Positions 30,191 to 42,880 of a stretch of 64,000 nucleotides of DNA are shown piece by piece. The stretch is taken from the NCBI RefSeq assembly GCF_009914755.1, contig NC_060938.1. The stretch is one strand, 5' to 3'. The position numbers and the translations under genes were made by a program. The notes under the pieces were generated by a model. The model was not told where the DNA came from. It searched no databases and worked only from the letters and a program-made list of their open reading frames with translations. The DNA is from the human T2T-CHM13v2.0 reference genome, Homo sapiens. Position 1 is the first letter of the stretch, and every line of letters begins with the position of its first letter.

Positions 30191-33100
30191 GCTAACAAAA
30201 ACAAGCAACAGGGAAAGGACTCCCTATTCAATAAATGGTGCTGGGATAACTGGCTAGCCATATGCAGAAGATTGAAGTTGGACCCTTTCACCGTATAAAA
30301 AATTAACTCAAAATGGATTAAAGATTTAAATGTAAGACCTCAAACCATAAAAATCCTAGAAGGCAACCTAGGAAATACTCTTCTTGATATCAGCCTTGGC
30401 AAAGAATTTTTGGCTAATTCCCCAAAAGCAACTGCAACAAAAACAAAAATAGACAAGTGGGACCCAATTAAATTAAAGCACTTCTGCACAACAAAAGACA
30501 TTATTAACAGAGTAAACAGACAAGCTACAGAATGGGGGAAGATATGTGCAAATCATGCATCCAACCAAGGCCTAATATCCAGAATCTATAGGGAACTCAA
30601 ACAAATCAACAAGGAAAAAATAAATAACCCCATGTATTAGTCCATTTTCACGTGGCTATGAAGAAGTACCCAAGAGTGGGTAATTTATAAAGGAAAGAGG
30701 TTTAGTTGACTCACAGTTTCACATGGCTGAGGAGGCCTCAGGAAACCTACAATCATGGAGGAAGGGGAAGCAAACATGTCCTTCTTCACCTGGCAGCATC
30801 AAGAAGTGCTGAGCAAAAGGGGGAAAGGCCCTTATAAAACCATCAGATCTCATGAGAACTCACTATCACAAGAACAGCATGTGGATATCTGCCCCCATGA
30901 TTCAATTACCTCCCACCAAGTCCCTCCCACAACACATAGGGATTATGGGAACTACAAGTCAAGGTAAGATTTGGGTGGGGATACAAAGACAAACCGTATC
31001 ATTCCACCCATGCCCCCCACCCACATCCCATGTCCTCACATTTCAAACCACAATCATGCCCTTCTAATAGTCCCCCAAAGTCTTAACTCATTCCAGCATT
31101 AACCCAAAAGTCCAAGTCCAAAGTCTCATCTGAGACAAGGCAAGTCCCTTCAGCCTAGGAGTCTGTAAAATCAAAAGCAGGTTAGTTACTTCCTAGATAC
31201 AATGGAGGTACAGGCATTGGGTCAATACACCCATTCCAAATGGGAGAAATTAGCCAAAACAAAGGTGCTACAGGCTCCATGCAAGTCCAAAATCCAGCAG
31301 AGCAGACAAATCTTTAAGCGCTGAAATAATCTCCTTTGACTCCATGTCTCGCATCCAGGTCACACTGATGCAAGAGGTGAGCTCCCATGGCCTTGGGCAG
31401 CTCTGCCTCTGTGGCTTTGCAGGGTACAGGCTCCCTCTCAGCTGCTTTCATGGGCTGGCATTGAGTGTCTGAGGCTTTTCCAGGTGCACAGTGCAAGCTG
31501 TAGGTGGATCTACCACTCTGGAGTCTGGAGGATGGTGGCCTCTTTCTCATAGCCCCACTAGGCAGTGCTCCAGTGGGGACTCTGTGTGGGGGCTCCCACC
31601 CCACATTTCCCTTCTGCACTGCCCTCACAGAGGTTCTCCATGAGGCTCCATCCCTGCAGCAAACTTTTGCCTGGACATCCAGGCTTTTCCATACATCCTC
31701 TGAAATCTAGGCAGAGGTTCCGAAACCTTGATTCTTGTCCTCCATGTACCGGCAGGACCAACACCATTTGGAAGCTGCCAAGGCTTGAGGCTTGCACTCT
31801 GAAGCAATGGCCTGAACTGTATCTTGGCCCCTTTTAGCCATGGCTGGAACTGAAGCAGCTGGGATGCAGAACACCATGTCTCAAGGCTGCACAGAGCAGG
31901 AGGGCCCTGGGCCCGGGTCCAGGAAACCATTCTTCCCTCCTAGGCCTCCAGGACATTGATGGGGGCACTGCCAAAGTCTCTGACATGCCCTGGAGACATT
32001 TTCCCCATCGTTTTGGTGATTAACATTTGGCTTCTTGTTATTAGGCAAATTTCTGCAGCAGGCTTGAATTTCTCCCCAGAAAATGTGTTTTTCTTTTCTA
32101 TCACATCATCGGGCTGCAAATTTTCCAAACTTTTATGCTCTGCTTCCTCTTGAATGCTTTGCAGTTTAGAAAATTCTCCCTCCAGATACCCTAAATCATC
32201 TCTCTCAAGTTCAAAGTTCCACAGAACTCTAGGGCAGGGGCAAAATGTGCCAGTCTCTTTGCATAGAAAGAGTGACCTTTACTCCAGTTCCCAACAAGTT
32301 CTTCATCTCCATCTAAGACCACCTCAGCATGGACTTTATTGTCCATATCACTATCAGCATTTTAGTCAAAGCCATTCAACAAGTCTCCAGGAAGTTCTAG
32401 AGTTTCCCACATCTTCCTGTCTTCTGAGCCCTCCAAGTCTCTAGGAAGTTCCAAACTTTCCCACATCTTCCTGTCTTCTTCTGAGCCCTTCAAACTGTTC
32501 CAACCTCTGTCTGTTACCCAGTTCCAAAGTAGCTTCTACATTTTCAGGTATCTTTACAGCATCACCCCACTCTCAGTGTTACCAGTTTACTTATGCAAAT
32601 TAAAATTTAAAAATGGGCAAAGGACATGAACAGACACTTCTTGAAAGAAGACATACAGTTGGCCAACAAGCATATGAAAGATGCTCAACATCACTAATCA
32701 TCAGAGAAATGCAAATCAAAACCAAAATGAGATACCATCTCACACCAGTCAGGATGGCTATTGTTAGAAAGTCCAAAAACAACAGATGCTGGCAAGGCTG
32801 CAGAGAAAAAGAAATGCTTATACGCTGTTAGTGAGAATGCAAATTAGTCCAGCCACTATGCAAAGCAGTCTGGAGATTTCTCAGATAACTTAAAACAGAG
32901 CTGCCATTTAACCCAGCAATCCCATTATATACTGGGTATATACCCAAAGGAAAATAAATCATTCTACCAGAAAGACACATGTACTTGCATGTTCATCACT
33001 GTTCTATTCACAATAGCAAAGACATGGAATCAACCCAGTGCCCATCAGCGGTAGACCGGATAAAGAAAATGTGGTATACGTATACACCATGGAATACTAT

Positions 33101-33457
33101 GCAGCCATAAAAAGAATGAAATCATGTCCTTTGCAGCCACATGGATGCAGTTGAAGGCCATAATCCTAAGGGAATTACACAAGAACAGAAAACCAAATAC
33201 TGCATGTTCTCACTTATAAGTGGATGCTAAACACTGAGCACCTATGGATATATATATATATGGGAAGAATAGACCCTGTGGACTACTAGAGGGGGCAGGG
33301 AGAGAGGGGCCAGGAATTGAAAAACTACCTATCAGGTACTGTGGTCACTATATGGATGATGGGATCTGTACCCCAAGTCTCAGATTACGCAATATTCCCA
33401 AGTAACAAAGCTGCACATGTACCTCTGTGTCTAAAATAAAAGTTGATTTTTTCTTTT
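30191..33457 (+). mobile_element. 5'-truncated L1 (PA16/PA17/PB-age), split by THE1C
   Basis: ORF2 C-terminal peptides ([22 protein letters not shown]; [19 protein letters not shown]); 3'UTR ending CTAAAATAAAAGTTGA; TSD GAAAAG(G)CCATGTGAAG. Confidence 0.92.
30633..32591 (-). mobile_element. THE1C-type MaLR: one LTR (30633-31001) plus complete internal region (31002-32591); second LTR absent
   Basis: TGTATTAGTCCATTTTCAC...AAACCGTATCA LTR; THE1-int motifs CCCAAAAGTCCAAGTCCAAAGTCTCATCTGAGACAAGGCAAGTCCCTTC; internal ends ACCCCACTCTCAGTGTTACCAGTTTAC. Confidence 0.93.
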
Positions 33458-33655
33458 GAAAAGGCCATGTGAAGACATAGGGAGAAGACAGCCATCTCCA
33501 CCCCAAGGAAAGGGGCCTCCGAGGAAAGTAGCCCTGCTGACACCTTGACCACAGACTGCTAGATTCCAAAACAGTGAGAAAATAAACTTCTGTTGTTTGA
33601 GCCACTCAGTCTGTGGTACTTTGTCATACCAGCCCGAACAAATTAACACAGGCAG

Positions 33656-34330
33656 CAAAGTATTCTACAGACCACAAACACCACACTATTTTAGCCAGTC
33701 TCATGGTGGACATTTAGATTGAAACTAAACAGAAATACACATCCTTGGACAGTGCTCTTGTGAGCACCTGTGGGAGTAAATACGTAGAAATGAAATTGCT
33801 GTTACAGGGGATGCATGTTTTCAAATTTACAAAATGCTGCTAAATTGTTCTCCCAAATATCTCTGTTGATTTACACTCCCAACAACAGTGAATGAGGGCA
33901 CCATTTCTCTCACAGCTTAGCCAACATTTGATATTCTCAGGCTCAAGATTTCTGCCAATGTGATTGGTCAAAAAAAAAAAAACCATATTGTTTTAACTGC
34001 ACTTTCCTAAGTTTGCATGAAGCTGAATATTTTTTAATATACACATTGCCTGTTCTTATTTCCCCTTCTATACATTCTCAGTTCATATTTTTGGTCTGTT
34101 TTTCCTTTGGGGTTGTATGGCTTTTTCCACCTGATTTGTAGGGATCACATATGTTCTAGGTCACAATTCTCTGTCTGCTAGATCTTCTGCAAATACCTTC
34201 TCCAAGGCCCCCACTTGTCTTTTAATCTAGCTCATGGTGTGTTTTTTACAAAAGGTTTTAAATCAGGTATAATCAGATAGACCTCTGTTTATAGTTTGTA
34301 TTTTTTGTATTGTCTTAAAGAAAATACTTT
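33656..34330 (-). mobile_element. L1ME-like fragment (host of MLT1B; also about 29870-29974)
   Basis: TTTACACTCCCAACAACAGTGAATGAG and TTTTAACTGCACTTTCCTAA-type old L1 3' motifs. Confidence 0.65.
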
Positions 34331-34332
34331 CT

Positions 34333-34640
34333 GGCTGGGTGTGATTACTTACACCTGTAATTCCTGGAGGCTGAAGCAGGTGGATCACTTAAGGCCAGGA
34401 GTTCGAGACCAGCCTGCCCAACAAAGTGAAAACCCATCTCCTCTAAAAATAGAAAAAAAATAGCCAGGCATGGTGGCACATGCCTGTAATCCCAGCTACT
34501 TGGGAGACTTGAGGCATGAGAATCACTTGAACCCAGGATTTGGAGATTGTAGTGAGGCAAGATCGTGCCACTGCACTCCAGCCTGGGCAACAGAGTGAGA
34601 TTCTATATCAAACGAAACGAAAAGAAAAGAAAAGAAAAAA
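34333..34640 (+). mobile_element. Alu (J/Sz-like) with a small 5' deletion
   Basis: Alu dimer lacking CAGCACTTTG; (GAAAA)n tail. Confidence 0.9.
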
Positions 34641-35889
34641 CGTTTTCTCTCCAAAATTCAAAAAGGTATTCTCTTATAATTTCTTCTGACAGTTTTAGTG
34701 TATTTTCCCCATGTTCCAGTCTTTAGTACCTCTTTAATGTATTTCAGTGGGGGCAATAGGTAGGAATTTTATTTTCTTTACGATTTTTTTTCTTTTCTCT
34801 TTCATTTGAGAGTGAATTGTCCCAACGCCACTTACTGAAATATCAAATGCTTACTCCAGTCATTAAAAATATATATTCAGCAAAGCACCCACAGACCATC
34901 GCATTTTGAGTAGTCTAATTTCCTGATAAATCCTCCATAATGTATTAGGAGAAAAATGTACCCCTAGGTAAGTAAATAAGCTGATCTAAATGGGTATTTG
35001 GCTATGAGCCAAGCAAATGCTAGAGGTTATCTGCCAAAAAATGGTTTTGATATTGGAAGAGTTGATGTTAAGCCCTTCTTCCTGACAGTCATTGGATAGT
35101 GGGGCCAGGTGTCTTTTGAGGCCACTCTGAGTTCGTAATGATTAAACCATGTCCACGACATTTAGGAGAAGACTTGTCCTTCCATTGTCCCCACCAAGGG
35201 AATGTGCTTCCTGCCCAGCAGAGCAGTGGCCCCTGCACAGAAATCTCTGGAATGATGTGCTAAAGCCAGACACAGCGTTGTCTCCGGAGGATGGAAACAG
35301 GGTGTTTGTGAGGAGGGTAATTTTTCACTGAATTCCTTTTCTATCTCTCTTAACTTTGTTGACCATATGCATATACAATTGATTCAAAATAATAACTTTT
35401 TTTAAAAGCCAAAAAAAAAAAAACCCTGCCAAGTATGTCACTAAGACACTAAGGAAAATCAAGAAAAAATACATTCCTGTGGCAGTCTGCTAAAAACAAA
35501 CAACAACAAAAAAAAAACAACGACAAAAAAACAGATATATGAGAACTTCTTTTGCAGGGGTAATTAAACTGGAAATTATGTTCCACCTTGTTTGAATAAT
35601 TTACAGAATTGTTTTTCATATATTCCTTAGTCACAAGACACTTTGTTCAAGCTAGATCTTCCTCAAAGACCAACATATAAAATAGATGAAAGTACTCCCG
35701 TTTAAAAATGGGGATCCCCATCAGCGGCCTTTCAGGCAGCTCTGTGGGGGTCCCCAGGGCTCTTCTGAGTACATTGAGAAACTTCCTTTAAAGTCAATGT
35801 ATTTGAGAGTTAGATATATAATTATCTTTTGCACCTTCTTCATGTAGTAATACTACACTCCACTTTAAAATTTACAGCATTGTGTATTT

Positions 35890-37150
35890 GCTTATGCTGT
35901 AAATATTGCTTGAGCACCTACTGTTTGCCAGACCCTAGAATAGACAGGAGGAGGAGGTGACTTAAACGTGGTAAGGTCTGAACAAAAGGTTGAAGTGTGA
36001 ATAGAAAACAACCAGGAGGGCGTTCCAGGTCCAGTAGACTGCAGGGGAAAGCTGGAAAGCTGGGAGGAAGCAGCCTGGCAGATCGGGAAGATGGGGGTGG
36101 GTGCACTCAGTGTGCATAGATGCACGGGGCATCTGTTGGTCCTAGCAGGTGCTGAAACTGGAGAGGGAGGGAGCAATAAGTTATTACTGCCTGGTGGATC
36201 TTTCTAAGTTTGGACTTGGCAGGCCATGAGGAAGCGATTGAAGGGTCTTAGACAGGAGATTGACACAGTCATATTTGTGCTTTGGAATGATTGCTCTGAC
36301 CTAAGTGAGCATTGCAAGGGGACGTGATTAAGGCAGTGAGACTGGGTAGGGAGGTCTTCGCAGCCACCCAGGGAGGAGATGATGATGGACAGACTTGAAG
36401 TCCTGGCAGAGATAGAGCAGAGGGGGTGACTAAAACGGAATTAACTGGATGTTGGTGGGAGGCAGAAAAGGGATGTGTCTAGGAAATTTCTGGAGTTTGG
36501 GCTGTATAACTGAGTGGGGTTGGATAACTGGGGCCATTCAACAAAGCAAGGAAGACGGGAGAAGGGATTTGGGCAATAGATGATGAGCTTCATTTGGCGG
36601 AAGGTTTTGATTGAAGTACCTGTAAGACATGAGGTGGAAATGTCCAGTAGGCAATCAGATAGCCGATCTGGGATGGAGGTGAAGGCCTGAGGTCATCCTC
36701 AGTGAGCTGATAATAGTAGTCAAGAAGATACTTGAAACCCCCAGGAGAATGTGAGCAGTGAGAGAGGAGAGGCCCACGCAGGCAGATGTGGGATGGAGAG
36801 GAGAGGCCCACGCAAGCAGCGGATGGTTCGCATGAAGCCGGCTAAGATGGCTGAGCAGTGAGGAAGGAAGAGAGTCAGGGAGAGTGGGGGTCAAAGAAAC
36901 CAAGGAGGGAATTTGAGGATAGGAGGAATTATCAGCAGGCTCAAACCCTGCACAGAGAAGAAGCTTAGGGACTGGAGAACTCACTGGACATAGCAACTAG
37001 CAGCTCACTGGAGAGAATGAGGAAAGGCAGTTCCCAGAGACGTGGGCAGCGGGGAAGCCATACAGCAGGGCTTGGGGAGTGAATGGGCAGGGAGAAACTG
37101 GGGAAAAGTCGGGTATGACCACTCTCCAAAAACGGCGATGATGAAGGAAG
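35890..37150 (-). mobile_element. L2 fragment
   Basis: TTGAGCACCTACTGTTTGCCAG; GGTGGAAATGTCCAGTAGGCAATCAGATA; purine-rich L2 antisense pattern. Confidence 0.7.
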
Positions 37151-37214
37151 TGTCAGCTACCTCCAGGTGGGCCTGCTTCAGTCCTCTGATGAGCAACACA
37201 GAATGACTGGACCC

Positions 37215-37392
37215 GTGCCTCTCAATTCCAGCTGCGCTTCTAATTCCAACCGCACAATAGAAGCACCTGGGGAATTTTTTAAAATAAAAAAGTACCAAAG
37301 CCGGGGCCACAGATTTAATTGGCCTGGGGTGGGGCCTGGGCAAGGGTATATTTTTAAAGCTCCACAAGAAAGTCTAATGTGCTGCCACCATT
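37215..37392. mobile_element. MER5-like hAT MITE
   Basis: AGAAGCACCTGGGGAATTTTTTAAAAT...GGGGTGGGGCCTGGGC...TTTTAAAGCTCC. Confidence 0.6.
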
Positions 37393-38132
37393 AGGACCAT
37401 GGCTCCAGTTATTCCCTATTTTGAGCAACAAAGGATTGAATGAGCTTGCTTGGGGAGAAGTCAGAGGTGGTCCTCTGACATTGATCTGTCTTGTCGGGAC
37501 ACAAAGGAGAGGTTCGTGAAAGAAAGAGTCCCGCACATTTAAGTGTGCCTGTGTGGACCCAATTCTTTTCAGTAGAGTTAGGCCCTGAAATTAGGGGAGC
37601 ACCAAAAATGTGTTCTCCATTGCTGGAGAGTAGGATTTCACTGGGCTTTTCTAGAACATAAGAGACCTGTCCCCCAAATCATTCTGAGTCTATACTTGCC
37701 AAACCTCCTTTTGATTAATAATTAAACTCTACCTGGTGATTTTTAAAATCATACCTGTTTTCCATAATTTCCAAGAAATACATGCATAGGATGAAAAGAT
37801 AAAATGCTACAGAAGTAACCTTCTACCTCCCACATCGCCTCCACCTGCAGCTGCTTCCCAACGCCAACCGCTTGACTGCTTCTGTTTTTGTTTTTCCTGG
37901 TGGTTACCTCCATAACCTTAAATCATATGCTTACTCTTCTCCTTCATAATTTACCAATAGTATACATGATCTACCTATTTTGAAAGGTAAACATCTACTA
38001 ACTCTGCCTCCACTTTCACTTCTCCCTTCCAAAGTTTGGTGGTTTTAGTATTATTTTTAATCCTTCCATTGGTTACTTACATAATTTTAAGTAATATACT
38101 TAAAATTCCAGTTCTCACTCCATGAACTTACC

Positions 38133-38434
38133 TTATTTATTTATTTTGAGACAGGACCTCATTCTGTCACCCAGGCTGGAGTGCAGTGGCGTGAACACGG
38201 ATCACGGCAGCCTTGAACTCCTGGGCACCAGCAATGCTCCTGCCTCAGCCTCCCAAGTAGCTGGGATTACAGGCACGTGTCAACACACCTGGCTAATTTT
38301 TAATTTTTTCTTTTTGGAGAGATAGGATCTTGCTATGTTACCCAGGCTGGTCTCAGACTCTTGGCCTCAAGTGGTCTTCCTGCCCCAGCCTCCCAAAGTG
38401 CTGGGATTTCAGGCATAATCCACCACGTTTGGCC
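38133..38434 (-). mobile_element. AluJ
   Basis: J-type dimer; TSD TCA(C/T)TCCATGAACTT. Confidence 0.92.
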
Positions 38435-39138
38435 TCATTCCATGAACTTTCAACAATATTTCTCAACTCCACACAGTATGAGATGGAGATACCAGCTCCC
38501 CCACTTTCCCCTTTCAACTTCTTCCAGCTTGATCTTTGTTTTTCCATTGTTCTGATTGGTAACATTACATTCTGTTCTGCAAGCATGATGAGTCCTCTGT
38601 GCTTGGTCTATGGGTTAATTCTGCTAGTTTGAAGCCAATGAACTGCATTAACATTATTGTGAGCGGGTAAATATTGTTCCCTGGAGAGCCAAGGACTGCG
38701 TTAGGATCACATTTCTTCCTCTTGCATTCAATGTCACCACCTTTTGGGTGACTCAAAGGAGTATGTTCCCAGGAGCACAGCCGAATTGATTTTCTTTTAT
38801 TACATCCCTGCAGTTACTCAAAATTACGATTCATTTTATTTTGCCTCTGTTTGGACCATGATTTTCTTGTACCTTTTTGAGTTCTTCCTAGACTTTTTTT
38901 TCTGTAGAAAGAAGAAACATATTTTGTCCTTGCCACATCACGAATATTTTCTAGCTTCTTACTCCTTCCATCTGAAGCATCGAATACCTTCAGTTTTTCT
39001 TCTTACAGAGAGATTTATTGGACCATGCTGACTTCCTGCCTTTAATTTGGACTTAATGACTTTTAGATCTCTACACAGCTACCATCTTTCCCCTGTGTTG
39101 ATACTGGGAAATGAATATTAGAGATAACTAACACAAAC

Positions 39139-39402
39139 TTTTTTTCCATCAACTTTTATCTTAAGTTCCAGGCTACATGTGCAGGATGTGCAGGTTTGTT
39201 ACATAGGTAAACATGTGCCACGGTGGTTTGCTGCACACATCAACCCATCACCTAGGTATTAAGCCCAGCATCCATTAGCTATTCTTCCTGATGCTGTCCC
39301 TTCCCCCACTGTCCCCACACAGGCCCCAGTGTGTGTTGTTCCCCACCTCGTGTCCATGTGTTCTCATCATTCAGCTCGCACTTGTAAGTGAGAACATGTA
39401 GG
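39139..39402 (-). mobile_element. L1PA (about PA8-13) 3' end, 5'-truncated
   Basis: GTGCAGGTTTGTTACATAGGTAAACATGTGCC...AAGCCCAGCATCCATTAGCTATTCTTCC; TSD-like AACACAA(A/G)C(T/A)TTTT. Confidence 0.88.
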
Positions 39403-39643
39403 AACACAAGCATTTTGATCACTGCAAAGAGACAATCTCATTGTAAACAAATCCATTTGTCATGTATTCATTTGTCTTGTCTAAATTTAATTAGTGTGAT
39501 TTGTCATAGAAAGACTGATCAGCTATGGACATATAAAGAAAATTCATGTTCTGGGCCTCAGAGATTAAGTATTAGACCCCGGAGGTAGCCACCCAACCAC
39601 CCTGAGAAGTCTCACCATAACCAGCCAAAATCCTTCAATGCAT

Positions 39644-39916
39644 CTGTAGTGGGAACTGGAACGTGCTGCTTGGAGACACAAAGGACTCAAAGGACTAAGG
39701 CACTCAGTCCCCTGCCTCAATCCCAGACATCTCTGAAGGACCAGCCATCTTCAGAGGTCCCCATGGGGTGAGCTGAGCCCTTTCTCACAATTGCCAAGAA
39801 GTTCAACTTCTTTCTCTGTCCAGTCCTTCCTTCATTCTCGTGCAGGTTTCCCCCAAAACTCTCCCCTAGAAACATCTATCTCAAAGTCTATTTCCTGAGG
39901 ATCCATTCCTACAACC
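39644..39916 (+). mobile_element. LTR16-like ERVL LTR
   Basis: TGTAGTGG start; TTCTCTGTCCAGTCCTTCCTTC...ATCTCAAAGTCTATTTCCTGAGGA end motifs. Confidence 0.5.
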
Positions 39917-40543
39917 GCACCTTTATCACATACCCTAGAATTGTAATATCAACAAACACACAATAAAAGGTCAATTGCTGATGGGGATAATGAATTATTG
40001 TGGGAAGCGGTTGTTTTACAGGCAGGAAATGAGATGAGGATTGGGTTTCAGTCCTAGGGGAGGCAGGAGAGGCTGGGATCCAGGGCACCTAGGGAGGGGA
40101 GCAGGAACTAAGCTTTGTCAGAGGTAGGAATGGAAGACAGAGCGTGAGATGCAGATCATCACTGCAGGTATTAGAATGGGGTACGAAGCTGAGGAAGTGG
40201 TAATGATGGTTGTGACTCTGAATTTTCTTGGGGAGAAGAGCTCTCTGTTTGTAAATTCAGTTTTTCCTTCTATTGTACGTGTACCTTCAGACCCCGGTGG
40301 GTGGGTTGGTGGGAGAGTGGAAGGGATAGGAGTGGATGAGGACCTGAACTGAAACAACTGCAGCAATTACAACATGTTCTGGAATAGTCAGGTTGGTGAA
40401 CGTGTTCGCGCTCATTCACTTAAAGTAACTTTAAATTCCTATTAATTCAAACTAGAATGAGTTTATATAGAATCTATGCTATAGGAAGGGAGTTGGGAGG
40501 GGCAGCCAGCCTTCTAAGGCCAGCATTAGAAAATGTCAGTCCT

Positions 40544-40811
40544 ATTAATGCAGAAACGGAAATCCAAATACTGCATGGTCTCACTTGTGAGAGTTAAACA
40601 TGGGGACACACAGACATAAAGATGGGAACAATAGATACTGAGACTCCAAAAGAGGGGCAGAAGGGAGGGGGGAAATGGCTGGGAAGACTTCCTATTGGGT
40701 ACTATGTTCACTATTTGGGTGATGGGATCAACAGAAGCCTGAACCTCAGCATCACGCAATATACCCTTGTAACAAACCTGCACATGTACCCCCGAATCAA
40801 AAATAAAAACA
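40544..40811 (+). mobile_element. L1PA/PB 3' end, 5'-truncated
   Basis: CCAAATACTGCATGGTCTCACTT...CCTGAACCTCAGCATCACGCAATATACCC...; outer TSD GAA(A/T)ATGTC(A/G)GTCCT at 40529-40543 and 41141-41155. Confidence 0.9.
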
Positions 40812-41206
<395 letters not shown>

Positions 41207-41375
41207 TCAAATAATAACAAATTTAACAAGATACACATGTAATTGTCTAGTAGAAACCAAGTCTGGAAGTGAGCAGAGGGGAGACTGTCCTGGTATCTGG
41301 CAGTTTTGCAAACACTAGGAAGCCAGTCTCCATGTTCTCGCTCCACCAATCACAAGAGTACCCACCTCATGGTCT

Positions 41376-41690
41376 TTTTTTTTTTTTTTTTTTTTGTGAG
41401 ACAGGATGTCACTCTGTCACCCAGGCTGCAGTGCAGTGGCTCATTTATAGCTCACTGTAGTGCAGCCTCAACCTCCTGGCTCAAGCAATCCTCCCACCTC
41501 AGCCTCCAACGTAGCTAGGACTACAGGCACACACCCCCATACCTAGTTTATTTATTTATTTATTTTTTGTAGAGTCGGGCTCTTGCTATGTTACCTAGGT
41601 TGTTCTCAAACTCCTGGGCTCAAGTGATCTTCCCATCTCAGCCTCCCAAACTGCTGGGCTGACAAGCATGAGCCACCACCACGCCTGGCC
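41376..41690 (-). mobile_element. AluJ (part of composite 41376-41846)
   Basis: J-type dimer with polyT. Confidence 0.92.
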
Positions 41691-41749
41691 TTCAAAATTC
41701 TTATGACACTGTGTGGACCAACAATTTCTGTAGATGCATTTATACTTTG

Positions 41750-41846
41750 GTTGCCCAGGCTGGTCTCGACTCCTGGCCTCAAGTTATCCTCCCACCTTGC
41801 TGTCCCAAAATGCTGGGATTACAGGCATGAGCCACCATGCCAAACC
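41750..41846 (-). mobile_element. Alu left-arm 5' fragment (part of composite)
   Basis: GTTGCCCAGGCTGGTCTCGACTCCTGGCCTCAAG...GAGCCACCATGCC. Confidence 0.88.
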
Positions 41847-42629
41847 CACCTCATGGTCTCAAATGGCTGCTGGAGTTCCAGCCATTGCATCCCTACCAGA
41901 GGAAGGATAGTAGGAGAAGAAGGGCATGGTCACACTGAGCTGCAAGGGAGGTTGGTGGCCATGTGCCCAGTTATTCATAAAATTTGGGAGCTCTAGTACC
42001 AAGGCAGAAGGGAAGAACAGGCATTGGGGGCCATCCACAGCTTCTGCCACACCTGCCTCCCCTACTCCAGACACCTGGCATCACCTCTACCCTTCATCTG
42101 CCACCTCACCCCCGCTCTGGAGCTGACCGACTCCCACACAGAGCAGTCAGTGAGTTAATGTCCATGGTCATGCTGTAGGACTGCTGCTTGGCACTTCTGT
42201 GCCTGCATACCAGAGAATTGTACTTCTGAATCAGTTTCCCTCCCAGCACCCCTCTTCCATGATGGCGGCCTGTCCAGCTCTTGCCAGTGCCCTCTCTATG
42301 GAGTCTAGTCTCTCTCTGTCATGCCCTCAATCTCTCCAGACACTGGCTGGGGCCCTTTTCTGATGGACCCACCACCCAGATCCCAGTATCAGGCCACCCA
42401 GCTTTCAGGGTCACTTCCTGCCTAGATCTTTGCCTCACCTCTCTCTACCTCTTCACTGAGTTGCTCAAACTACACCTGAACTTGACATGCTTATTAGCTT
42501 CTCACCAATGATGACAGTGAGCAAAGTCTTTTTTTTCCTGGAAAGGACTAATTCCAAAAAACCATAATTCTTAGGAGCTATGTATTTTTCTTTCAAAATA
42601 AGAACTTGAATCCCAAGAGAAAATGTACA

Positions 42630-42880
42630 CCCTTGTAGTTTAGATCACAAGGGCATGACTTGTCAACTCAGAGAGTGGCCTACAGCCTTGGTTCCATCTC
42701 TTGCTAGCTGTGGGACTTAGGCATATAACTTACCATCTCCGAGCTTTGGGTTCCACAACTGGAAAACTATCCTAAGCACAGCACCTACCTTTCAGCACTA
42801 TAAGGAAGATTATGGAAGATTAAATGAGGTACACTGCCCGGTGCATGGCAAGCACAAAGTAAAGTTACTTATAATAATAA
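42630..42880 (+). mobile_element. MIR
   Basis: TAGCTGTGGGACTTAGGCATATAACTTA...GATTAAATGAG. Confidence 0.65.

Larger units (their letters stand above)
29980..33650 (+). mobile_element. MLT1B LTR (29980-30190 and 33458-33650) split by L1
   Basis: Halves join at GCCATGTGAAG; perfect TSD GGCAG at 29975-29979 and 33651-33655. Confidence 0.9.

Noticed and set aside
31314-32444. Cluster of overlapping ORFs
   Set aside because: All lie in THE1-int and represent the decayed MaLR ORF or its antisense
32380-32500. ~50-bp tandem duplication in THE1-int
   Set aside because: As I recall, this duplication is common to many THE1C-type internal sequences, so it is not locus-specific; confirm against the Dfam consensus
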